A stretch of 24,084 bases of DNA, from positions 1 through 24,084 of IMG/VR virus record IMGVR_UViG_3300030330_006582; one strand, given 5' to 3'. Positions 15,944 through 24,084 of this stretch are shown here, in pieces. A program made the translations under genes and the position numbers. Origin of the DNA: a virus. Taxonomy: Duplodnaviria > Caudoviricetes. Position 1 is the stretch's first letter. Each line of letters starts with the position of its first letter. The notes below the pieces were generated by a model, which did not search any database, was not told where the DNA came from, and was given only the letters and a program-made list of their open reading frames with translations.

Positions 15944-16326
15944 TGCCTATTTATGTTTACAAACATCCCGAGCGAGAAGAATACCGCGAGGTTGTTCAAG
16001 GGATGAATGATGAACATGTTTATTCTGAAGATGGCGTTGAATGGAGCAGGGTTTTTCTTGCTCCCAACGCATCTATAGATAATTCAATTGATCCTTTTAG
16101 TAAGCAACAATATCTAGAAGCGACAAAAAATAAAAAAGGCACTGTTGGAGATATGATGAATCTATCAGCAGAACTTAGCGAAAAACGAGCGGAAAAAGCT
16201 GGGGGCTTAGATCCAATTAAAGAAAAATTCTTTGACAACTATGCCAAGGAAAGAGGAGGCTCCGAACATCCCGATAGACCAAAGAAGGTTTACGAAAGCA
16301 AAAATGTGAGAGTTGAATATGATTAG
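15943..16326 (+). CDS. FmdB-like protein lacking the zinc-ribbon cysteines
   Basis: MPIYVYKHPEREEYREVVQGMND parallels the FmdB N-terminus MPxYEYxCxxCG.FE..Q. TAATG coupling to hsp20. Confidence 0.6.
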   Translation: MPIYVYKHPEREEYREVVQGMNDEHVYSEDGVEWSRVFLAPNASIDNSIDPFSKQQYLEATKNKKGTVGDMMNLSAELSEKRAEKAGGLDPIKEKFFDNYAKERGGSEHPDRPKKVYESKNVRVEYD

Positions 16327-17417
16327 TAGGGTGTTCCACTAAGTCTTAGCCCTCTTTCTTCAGTTACTTTAAAACTAAAGTCAGCACTAAAGTTCATTAC
16401 ATCGTTTATACCCATGGTATAGTTGTAAGATGCCAGTTTCGCATCTTGAACTTCATAGATTAATTTTTTGTTTCCAGATGCTATTACACATTCAAAACTA
16501 TAATTTTCATCATTGTCTAACACTCCAGTCATGAATCCGTCATCAAAACCTGACACCAAGGAAGACACACTAAATGATCCATCAGCAGGAAATTGCGCTT
16601 TCCTATTATATGGAAAATTGTTTCCTAGCCCATAAGACGAGACCCTAGACAAATTAACTTGCATATTTACAGACTGAACAAGGTGAACTCCTGATAAGTT
16701 TTGTCCCCCTACCTGTAAATTTTGTAGGGTTATACTGCTATTCGGGTCTGTGGGATTAACAATGGGAGGAATAATATCATTGCTCGTTGTAGGATCAATT
16801 TCAAAAATGCAACGTTTAACATTGTCGTTATTTCCTCCAGTCAAGTTTATAGCTGGCATTTCCATTGAGGTTCCAGTTAAACTTTCATAAACCATATTAG
16901 AAGCAATATAGCTAGTGGTAACTAGCGGTAGACCACCAATTGAATAAGATAAAGAATATGAATTAGTATAGCAGTTTCCAAAAGCTAAACAATCAAAACC
17001 CGTGAGATTAAAAACATCACTACCACCCGTTATTACATCATAAGGCTCATAAGTTGCATTTTCAGGAGGAAGCACTACATAAAAGTTAGTGCTGTAATCA
17101 GAAACACCTGAAAACATTTGTTTATAACTTACCCATGCATTTTGTGAAAAAAGACCGAAACTTTCGTTTGCCAAGGATGGTTCTGGTATATAAGAAAAAT
17201 TTAATTCAATGTCAGGCTGTCTATTAAGTTGGCGAAAAGATACGTCTTGAGTTCCTAGCTGTTTAGGTTCTGCTCTAGTCATTCCCACACTATAGCTAAA
17301 ATTCTGAACTAATTTATAAGGCTGAATAGTGGTATCACTTGTATCAAAAGCATTTCCTCCCCCCTCTCCAACAAGAACGGCTGCGTCATCACTTTGTATA
17401 GCTATAGATCTAGGCAT
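16323..17417 (-). CDS. Virion structural protein, tail-tube-like fold probable
   Basis: Acidic, S/T/N/G-rich, beta-strand-rich, with two similar halves (VQNFSYSVGMTR..LG / VQSVNMQVNLSR..LG). Lies downstream of the tape measure gene. Confidence 0.55.
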   Translation of the reverse strand: MPRSIAIQSDDAAVLVGEGGGNAFDTSDTTIQPYKLVQNFSYSVGMTRAEPKQLGTQDVSFRQLNRQPDIELNFSYIPEPSLANESFGLFSQNAWVSYKQMFSGVSDYSTNFYVVLPPENATYEPYDVITGGSDVFNLTGFDCLAFGNCYTNSYSLSYSIGGLPLVTTSYIASNMVYESLTGTSMEMPAINLTGGNNDNVKRCIFEIDPTTSNDIIPPIVNPTDPNSSITLQNLQVGGQNLSGVHLVQSVNMQVNLSRVSSYGLGNNFPYNRKAQFPADGSFSVSSLVSGFDDGFMTGVLDNDENYSFECVIASGNKKLIYEVQDAKLASYNYTMGINDVMNFSADFSFKVTEERGLRLSGTPY

Positions 17418-17418
17418 T

Positions 17419-18375
17419 TTATGTTCCTGTTGGTATTACACCGAGAGGATCTTCTACGAGATCAACGGTTAATTTATTAGAATTTGAATAATTCCAAGTA
17501 TGACTCCATGTAGGGGAATAATATACTTTAGGTCTATTATATACAGAAGGAATCTGGTGTTCAAACCTCCTATAACCTCCTTTGTTTTCCAAGAAATGAA
17601 TCATACACTTTGTCTGCTTGTCAGAAATATTTTCAAAAGAATAATTCATTCCAAAAGTAGAAATGTTGTCATTCGTTTTTAATCTTTGAGTAAAAGAGTT
17701 CTGATATTGTAAAATGTCAGCTTTAATTTGAACATCGTTTTGAGTTCCAATATCAGGCTCAAAAAAGAATTTTTGAGTCCACATTGATGAGGCTCCTGTA
17801 GGGCTGTTAGTCTCACTAGAAGAGTGATCTCCAGTGCAATAATAAAAGTTATCTAACTTGGTTTGATTTAATCCCGAATAAACAATGTCATATTTTTCAT
17901 AACTAGTAGAAGGCTTCCATCCCTGAAAAGATAAATTAGGAAAAGTTCCCATCCCCGACCAATTAAACAAGGTAGGTGCATGATCTACATTGATTTTAGC
18001 AGCGACCTCGAAATGTTGGTTGTTCATGAAATTAATTGCATAATTATCACAAAAACCTGAAAATGTTTTATAGATTCCTAAGTTATCGGGAGATATTTCT
18101 ATAGGCAAATTGCCCGACTGTGCCTCGAAAAAAGCGGCTAGTCTACGAGCATTAGTCTCGTTAACGTCATACCTTAAAGAAAACGTTGCCGACAAACTGT
18201 TAGCCGATAAAGGAATTAAATTATAATAAAAATCATCAGTGGTATAACTGTGATTAGTCGCCTGAAAGTCTACTTGAGATCCATAGACTGGAGTAAGAGA
18301 TAATCCAGATAACTTGGAGGGAATAGTAACCCCCGAAATATTATCATCTCTGTTGTAAAATAAACTTTCGCTCAT
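17419..18375 (-). CDS. Minor tail/distal tail protein with two gpM-like halves and a central CBM-like insert
   Basis: Repeated pattern ARRLAAFFEAQSG.LP / TKCMIHFLENKGG.RRF. Central WKPSTSYEKYDIVYSG...FYYCTGDHSS..SP....W. Confidence 0.6.
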   Translation of the reverse strand: MSESLFYNRDDNISGVTIPSKLSGLSLTPVYGSQVDFQATNHSYTTDDFYYNLIPLSANSLSATFSLRYDVNETNARRLAAFFEAQSGNLPIEISPDNLGIYKTFSGFCDNYAINFMNNQHFEVAAKINVDHAPTLFNWSGMGTFPNLSFQGWKPSTSYEKYDIVYSGLNQTKLDNFYYCTGDHSSSETNSPTGASSMWTQKFFFEPDIGTQNDVQIKADILQYQNSFTQRLKTNDNISTFGMNYSFENISDKQTKCMIHFLENKGGYRRFEHQIPSVYNRPKVYYSPTWSHTWNYSNSNKLTVDLVEDPLGVIPTGT

Positions 18376-19193
18376 GAGTGACCAACATAGTTAAGTGTTA
18401 AACGAACTGCTCCATCAGCACTTGAATTTAGCTGCTCTGAAACCAATGATGCTTTAGGAATAGTCAAGGTTTGCAAGGAAGTTCCATCCCTACCATTAAT
18501 AGTAAAAGAAACCGTCTTATTTTCTTTTCCATATCCTAAAAAACTTAAACCGCTTTCTAAAAATATATCATCCACTTCTAGCTGAACTGATGCTGTATAT
18601 TGAATTGGGCTAATATGTTTTACTTCGGTTGGTGTTTCTAACCCAACCGTATAATAAGGTTTTTTGTTTACTGCTAAAGAATAATCAAAACCTATAACCC
18701 TGTTAGTGGTGCTATTATCGCAAGTTGCAGTTATTGATCCCTGACTCGGTATATAAATAGTGGTAGGCGATGCACCAGATGCATTAATTCCACTCCTCAT
18801 CTCATCATAAACAACAAAGCTTGCATTTACTTTAGGCACTGCTCCAACCGCACAATTAACAGAATACGACGATAAATATCCCTCCTCAAATCCATATGAA
18901 GCATTGTTATCATAGTTAAAGCTTCCTGCCAATTTCGATGAGGCTCCTGTAAAATTCAAAACAGGATCGTTATAAATAAGATATCTTGAAAAAGAAACTG
19001 TTTGCTGGGTTGGACCACCAATTGTAGTAAGACCTTGGCTTGAACCTAGCGGAGAAAGAGTATTGGCGCTATTTGAATAACCAATATCAAGAGATTCAAT
19101 ACCTGAAAGTTCTCTAGGAGCTAGGGTTGCCCCAATGCCTACTAACCCAGATATAAAAAAATGGTTTTGGTAATTTAATGTGGTGTCATACAT
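18372..19193 (-). CDS. Virion structural protein (tail hub/tube-like)
   Basis: Immediately downstream of the tape measure gene (TAATG coupling). Two-half beta-rich pattern (LSGIESLDIGYS..LG / VIGFDYSLAVNK.P.Y.VG) similar to 16323..17417. Confidence 0.55.
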   Translation of the reverse strand: MYDTTLNYQNHFFISGLVGIGATLAPRELSGIESLDIGYSNSANTLSPLGSSQGLTTIGGPTQQTVSFSRYLIYNDPVLNFTGASSKLAGSFNYDNNASYGFEEGYLSSYSVNCAVGAVPKVNASFVVYDEMRSGINASGASPTTIYIPSQGSITATCDNSTTNRVIGFDYSLAVNKKPYYTVGLETPTEVKHISPIQYTASVQLEVDDIFLESGLSFLGYGKENKTVSFTINGRDGTSLQTLTIPKASLVSEQLNSSADGAVRLTLNYVGHS

Positions 19194-22100
19194 TATGCTT
19201 TAGCTTGTCTTAAGGAACCTCCCAGTCTTTTCTCATCTTCAATGACTTGCTTGACAGTATCTTTGATTCTCATTGCCAGAGTTCTCTTCTGCTCCTCACC
19301 CTGACCTCCATCTTCTGTTTCACTACCGTCAGAATTAACAGTAATGTTAATAACAGTTTCTCCGCTACCTCCTGAAACTTCGATAAGCTCATCAAGCTTT
19401 CCAACAACTTCGCCGTTACCTCCTCTTGCTCCAGAGTTTAATGCAGCTAAATTACCTCTTCCAATATTTTGTGTAGCAGCAGCATTCATAACAAACTCTC
19501 CTCCCGACAGCATAGCAGGAACCGTATCAACTCCAGCGGTATAAGGGACAGATCCTCCAGCAGCAAAACGTCTACGACCACCCATGACCGCTGAGTTGGT
19601 CCAGTCTCTTGGTGGCAATACTCCTGGGTTTCCATATACATCTGTAAAGCCTGAACCTGAACCCGAGCCTGACCCCGAGCCTCCACCTCTAAATAAATTT
19701 CCTACTCCACTAAACACTCTTGATAAGAAGCTTGGTTGTGCTCCACCTCCACTAACTGGAGGAGTGGAAGCTCCCGCACCAGTTCCCATTCCTCCTGTAA
19801 TTCCCATTAAAGCACCACTGACTATTGCTGACATTATGGCTCCTTTTAAAGCTCCCTTTTGTTGCTTCCTTTGTTCTTCAAGTTGCTTTTCTTTGTCAAG
19901 CTGTTGGAAGTAAAGTCCTAAAGCTTGTTCTTGAGAGGCTTTTTCTCTTTGGGCTTGTGGGCTATTTGCAATACCAAACCTAGTCATTCTTGCGCTTAAA
20001 GGTTCCAAAGCTATTGATGCGAATCCTGAACCTCCAGATATTCTATCATAACCACCCATGGTAAATCCTTGAGTGGCAAAATTAAACAAGTCAGACTTTC
20101 CAGTTATAGATCCTTGCCCATAACTTCCTGGGGTAAACATGCCACCTCGATTCATTGTTGGGACTGATCCTGAGTTCAAAGCCATCATGAATGCAGGACC
20201 ATATTTTTTAACTGCTCCTTTGTTCATGACAAACTCTCCCCCAGTCAAAAGAGCGGGGACATCATCACGATTACCAGAACCGCCAGTTACTCTTCCACCA
20301 GAGTTAAATCCAAATATTGATTTTAATACTCCTCCAATAATACCAGTTCCTCCTCCAGAGCCGCCTTGGTTTGGATTACCAAAGCCGCCCATTATGTTGT
20401 TAATTGCTTGATTCATAAATGCCTTAGATAAACCTAAGAAGAAATCTGAAGCGGCTCTTCTAAGAGTATCCCCTAAATTCTCTCCTTTAGCTATGGCATC
20501 TACCATTGCGTCCCCAATGTTTCTTGCAAACTCTACAGATGAATCAACAATTGTTCCTGCAAGTTGTTCAGCCTCATCAAGCTCGCGTAATCCTCTCACA
20601 TCTCCCGCTTGCATTAAACCAAATCTTTTCTGGAAGTTACTATCTCTAATACTTCCTTTTATTCTTGTTGCTGGATCAGTAGATAATTGTGCATTTAATA
20701 GATCACTCACTCTAGCATCTCGTAAAGCTTTGGCTTGGTTTTGTAATAAGAAACCAGTGTCAGGAAGACCTTTAATTGCTGCTGTGTTTTCTCTTCTTGC
20801 ATTAGCCTCGTCTATTGTAGCCTGTATGTTTTCTTCCCTCTTTAATCTTTCTGATGCCATGCTCTCTTGAAGCTCTCTTATAACATCTCCCATTCCCCCA
20901 ATATTGCCCATTTCTCCTCGTAATTGTTCTTTCAGAAATTGATCCAGTCCTGCCGCATCGGTAACACTTGTCATCATACCTCTTACATTTGCTTTTCCAG
21001 TCCTTGCTACCCCTTCTCCTGGTGCTAATTTATCAAGAGCACTTGCAAGCTTTGCTTGCGTATCTGCCAACTCTTTTTCAAAACCTTCTCTTCTAGTAAT
21101 TCTAGCGTTTACATTAGCTAATGCTATCTGGTCGTTAGCCTGTGCTAATTCTATACTTTCGCGAGCAAAATCAGTTTGAAGACCTAAACCTCTGTTTCTC
21201 ATCCTTGCTTGGATTTCTTCCCTTTTCCTTATATCTGGATCTAGCGCACCTCTTGATTCTCTACCTCTTGTAATAGCTTCTCCAGCATCCGCTATAGCCT
21301 CCACTCTCGTTGCCTCCAATTTTGCTAAAGCAATCTCTCTTTCAGTCTTTAATTTATCTTTAGCTATACCTAAATTTTCTCTACTTAAGATGATTTCATC
21401 TTTTAAATTGTTAAGTTGATCAACTTTTTGTGAAGTGTTTTCTTCTAAAACTTTATTAGTCGCTTCTAAAATGCTGTTTTCTTCTTTTTGGGTAATTATG
21501 CCATCTTTGGAGGCTTCTGTCATTAATTCTTCTAAAGCTTTAACATCGTCTGTCTTTGTTGTAAGCTCTGAAGTAAGCTTAACCATAGATCTTACGGCAT
21601 CTACAGTTTTATTTCTTGAGTCTCTCTCTGCCTCTAAAATTTTAATACCATTCTTTCTGTTAATAACCTCTTCTGCACTTAGTCCTGTTCTAAGGATATC
21701 CATCTCAAGTTGTTCCTTGGCATCATCAAGAGCCTTGTCATTCATCTTGGCTCTTTCAGCAGCCATTCTAATTATTCTATTAGTTTGGTTAGCTGTAATT
21801 CTGGCTTTTGCTTCTTCTGCCTTTTTATCTGCCTCGTTCGCTTTTTTCTTAGCATCCTCTTCCTTCTTAATCAGAGCCATCCTTAAATCATGAAGATCTT
21901 TATCTTGAACGGCTTTATGTCTTCCGTCATCCTTAAAAAGCCGATCTCTTAACCCAGCCTCTTTCTGTCTGAGTTCTTCAGCGTTAAGACCCATGTCTTC
22001 TGCAACCTTTTTTCGGGCTTTTCCACCCTTCAAGAAACCCGAAAGCTGCTCTTCATTAAATTGAGTTAAAAATTCTTTATCTTCTTCAGTTATTCCTAAA

Positions 22101-24084
22101 CCTTCTGCATCCTGTATAGCTTTAGTAAACTTATTAGCCTTAACTATAAGTTCATCAAAAAATGTTAAAGTGTCAGCGACTTCATCTTTTGAAATAAATC
22201 CGTCCTTTCTTATCTTATCTATAGCTTCCAGCATTTGGTTCTGATCTCCCCCCGCAGCAACCACGGTTTCCATTCCAGCCTCTAACGATTCCCTTAATGC
22301 ACCTTTTTTAAACAGGTCTGCTCCTTCAAAATTTGCTTCTCTAGCTCCAAATGCTGCACCTTTTGATGAAAGCATAAATGATTTAAAGAAACCTATGTCT
22401 TTAAGTTCATCTTCTCTCATTGCAAAAGCAGACTCTTTTCCGAAGAAGTCACCCTCAGTCATGCGCTTCATGTCATCTTGAACTCTTTTTTGTCCAGTAG
22501 GACTTAGCATATCGAGTCTAATGGCAGCTTTTTGAGCAGACTCGGAAACTTGAGCCATAGCAGTAGCCGCAGCATTTGTAACACCTGTTACTTGATCAAA
22601 AACATCAGCACCTATTTTGTATGCAGCCGTAAGTATACCAACCTTAACAGATAATCCTTTTAGGAAGCCTCCAAGCTTGCCAACCTTTCCACCCGCTCCC
22701 TCTAAGGCACCACCTAATCCTTCCAGAGCAAAGGATGCCGTCGATCCCGCAGCAATCCCCTCTGAAACAATATTAGTATATCTTGCAAAACCATCGGTAG
22801 CATCAGCAGTGGCACCACCAAGCATTGTCATTCCAGCTTGCAATGCAAATATTCCACCAAGCAAATCTCTATTTCCTTCTTTTACCTCATTGTCGGAACG
22901 CAGTCTTTCTGATGCCGCATCATTTACCTTTTTTCTTGTTTGACCATTTGTTTTGATTTGGGCAGTAAGTTTTTTAAGTTCTGTATTTGCCTCTGCATTG
23001 GTCATCTTGCCCTGCTTTATTTCCTTATTGAGAGCACGAATAACATTATTTAAACTTTTTAAAGATGCCTCTACGGGCTTGGAGTCCTTGATTCCAATAC
23101 TGGCCATAGTTAGCCCTTTTGCGAAGTTAGGGATAGCCCCAGTGGGCTCATCCCTTGTATTAGTCACCGCAAGACCCATTGGGTTCCCAGCATTCCTTAA
23201 AGAAGGATCTTGATTAATTCTTATCTGATTTATGGGTAGACCCGCCGCAGACTCTCTAGCCACAGCATCTTCCAATCCTCCAGCAAAATTAGGAATATAT
23301 CCAGAAGCACTTTGGAATCTTCTGCCTACGAGTTGATCCCTTCTCCTTAGTATAAGTGGTTCAGCCCTACTACTAAACTCTCTCTTAAGATTACCCTTCT
23401 TATCAAACCACGAAGGATTTTTGGATCTAACTTCAGATGTAGCCATCATTTGAGCATTCATCTGTTTTTCGCTAGGATCAAACCTACCTGCACCTTTTTC
23501 TTTTATAACTTTCTGATAAAAACTTTTTAAATTATCTTGAGATGTGCTAACTTTAAAGTCTCCTGTATTTTGACCACTCGGTATACCAAAAAACTCTTTT
23601 ATTGTTTCTAAATTTGAGCCCATTCTTACATCAAAATCCCCGCCCCTTTCTCTTTGTGCGGCTCTATAATCAAGAGACGAGGCTATAGCCACTTCGAAAG
23701 CGGCACCTATCACTCCCATTAATGCCCCTTTTGCTCCGCGAGTAGTATCAAATCCTTTTTGTATTTCACTTTCTTGCGCTATTCTACCTAAAGGCTCTAA
23801 TTTCTTAGTATATAGAGAGGCAGCTTTAAAGATTTCAGATGAAATCATATCTTCAATACTAGCCTCTTTAGCATCGCTCCCTTTTTTGACTGCACTTTCG
23901 ACAGGTCCACGAACAATTCCTCCCCTCACCTTTACTCCGTCTACTGTTTTGGGTGCTCCTTTTATTTGTTGTATTGGCTTCTCCACGCCAATATCTGGAA
24001 CTAAGTAAAAGAAATTAGAAGCGTCTACGCTGGTGATTTTCTTTTTTCCCCCCTTTGCTTTTGCAAAGTTCGGGACATATCCCC
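19193..24084 (-). CDS. Tape-measure-like protein, 5'-truncated (>1629 aa)
   Basis: The frame stays open from 23986 to the window edge (...GYVPNFAKAKGGKKKITSVDASNFFYLVPDIGVEKP...). It has long coiled-coil and Ala/Gly hydrophobic stretches, two FxxGG...DxVPAxLxGGEFVMN modules, and a C-terminal VINITVN...VIEDEKRLGGSL end typical of TMPs. Confidence 0.85.
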   Translation of the reverse strand, partial: GYVPNFAKAKGGKKKITSVDASNFFYLVPDIGVEKPIQQIKGAPKTVDGVKVRGGIVRGPVESAVKKGSDAKEASIEDMISSEIFKAASLYTKKLEPLGRIAQESEIQKGFDTTRGAKGALMGVIGAAFEVAIASSLDYRAAQRERGGDFDVRMGSNLETIKEFFGIPSGQNTGDFKVSTSQDNLKSFYQKVIKEKGAGRFDPSEKQMNAQMMATSEVRSKNPSWFDKKGNLKREFSSRAEPLILRRRDQLVGRRFQSASGYIPNFAGGLEDAVARESAAGLPINQIRINQDPSLRNAGNPMGLAVTNTRDEPTGAIPNFAKGLTMASIGIKDSKPVEASLKSLNNVIRALNKEIKQGKMTNAEANTELKKLTAQIKTNGQTRKKVNDAASERLRSDNEVKEGNRDLLGGIFALQAGMTMLGGATADATDGFARYTNIVSEGIAAGSTASFALEGLGGALEGAGGKVGKLGGFLKGLSVKVGILTAAYKIGADVFDQVTGVTNAAATAMAQVSESAQKAAIRLDMLSPTGQKRVQDDMKRMTEGDFFGKESAFAMREDELKDIGFFKSFMLSSKGAAFGAREANFEGADLFKKGALRESLEAGMETVVAAGGDQNQMLEAIDKIRKDGFISKDEVADTLTFFDELIVKANKFTKAIQDAEGLGITEEDKEFLTQFNEEQLSGFLKGGKARKKVAEDMGLNAEELRQKEAGLRDRLFKDDGRHKAVQDKDLHDLRMALIKKEEDAKKKANEADKKAEEAKARITANQTNRIIRMAAERAKMNDKALDDAKEQLEMDILRTGLSAEEVINRKNGIKILEAERDSRNKTVDAVRSMVKLTSELTTKTDDVKALEELMTEASKDGIITQKEENSILEATNKVLEENTSQKVDQLNNLKDEIILSRENLGIAKDKLKTEREIALAKLEATRVEAIADAGEAITRGRESRGALDPDIRKREEIQARMRNRGLGLQTDFARESIELAQANDQIALANVNARITRREGFEKELADTQAKLASALDKLAPGEGVARTGKANVRGMMTSVTDAAGLDQFLKEQLRGEMGNIGGMGDVIRELQESMASERLKREENIQATIDEANARRENTAAIKGLPDTGFLLQNQAKALRDARVSDLLNAQLSTDPATRIKGSIRDSNFQKRFGLMQAGDVRGLRELDEAEQLAGTIVDSSVEFARNIGDAMVDAIAKGENLGDTLRRAASDFFLGLSKAFMNQAINNIMGGFGNPNQGGSGGGTGIIGGVLKSIFGFNSGGRVTGGSGNRDDVPALLTGGEFVMNKGAVKKYGPAFMMALNSGSVPTMNRGGMFTPGSYGQGSITGKSDLFNFATQGFTMGGYDRISGGSGFASIALEPLSARMTRFGIANSPQAQREKASQEQALGLYFQQLDKEKQLEEQRKQQKGALKGAIMSAIVSGALMGITGGMGTGAGASTPPVSGGGAQPSFLSRVFSGVGNLFRGGGSGSGSGSGSGFTDVYGNPGVLPPRDWTNSAVMGGRRRFAAGGSVPYTAGVDTVPAMLSGGEFVMNAAATQNIGRGNLAALNSGARGGNGEVVGKLDELIEVSGGSGETVINITVNSDGSETEDGGQGEEQKRTLAMRIKDTVKQVIEDEKRLGGSLRQAKA
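19649..19687 (-). repeat. Gly-Ser hexanucleotide tandem repeat within the TMP
   Basis: Plus strand (cctgaa/cccgag/cctgac)n, encoding GGGSGSGSGSGSG. Confidence 0.8.

Noticed and set aside
1953-23213. Numerous short ORF-track entries antisense to or nested in long genes (e.g. 1953..2162, 5280..5729, 8042..8305, 19584..19913, 21435..21893)
   Set aside because: They lie wholly within well-supported genes, have shadow-like composition (Ser/Phe/Leu/Pro-rich) and show no motifs.
23984-23986. GTG 23986 as the start of the tape-measure protein
   Set aside because: The frame is open to the window edge and contains another GYVPNFA motif upstream, so the gene is 5'-truncated.
1-24084. CRISPR array, tRNA, rRNA, IS element, DGR template/variable repeat
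   Set aside because: Intergenic gaps are tiny. I saw no spaced direct repeats, cloverleaf, transposase, reverse transcriptase or adenine-variant repeat pair by eye.

Overview
An AT-rich, gene-dense fragment of what is almost certainly a large tailed dsDNA phage genome. The evidence is tail and tape-measure genes next to RNR, RecA-like, SSB, sigma factor and Hsp20 genes, with few recognisable Shine-Dalgarno sites and many overlapping stop/start codons. On the minus strand from left to right: the 5' end of a RecA-like gene, a ~9.6 kb glycan biosynthesis/modification island (Gmd, GDP-mannose 3,5-epimerase, a second SDR epimerase, methyltransferase, sulfotransferase-like protein and six glycosyltransferase-like genes of different families), and an ATP-cone-less nrdA/nrdB pair whose beta subunit carries the class Id (Mn, Lys-scaffold) signature. 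A 220-250 bp divergent control region follows, then a plus-strand block (sigma-70-like factor, SSB, GT-B glycosyltransferase, Hsp20, Cys-less FmdB-like protein). A convergent minus-strand tail module ends in a >1629 aa tape-measure-like protein truncated by the window edge. The most novel-looking signal lies in that protein: G(Y/A)(I/V)PNFA motifs delimit cassettes, and one cassette resembles a PD-(D/E)xK nuclease domain, suggesting an ejected cargo-carrying polyprotein. I found no tRNA, rRNA, CRISPR array or IS element. All family calls come from motifs read by eye, not database searches.
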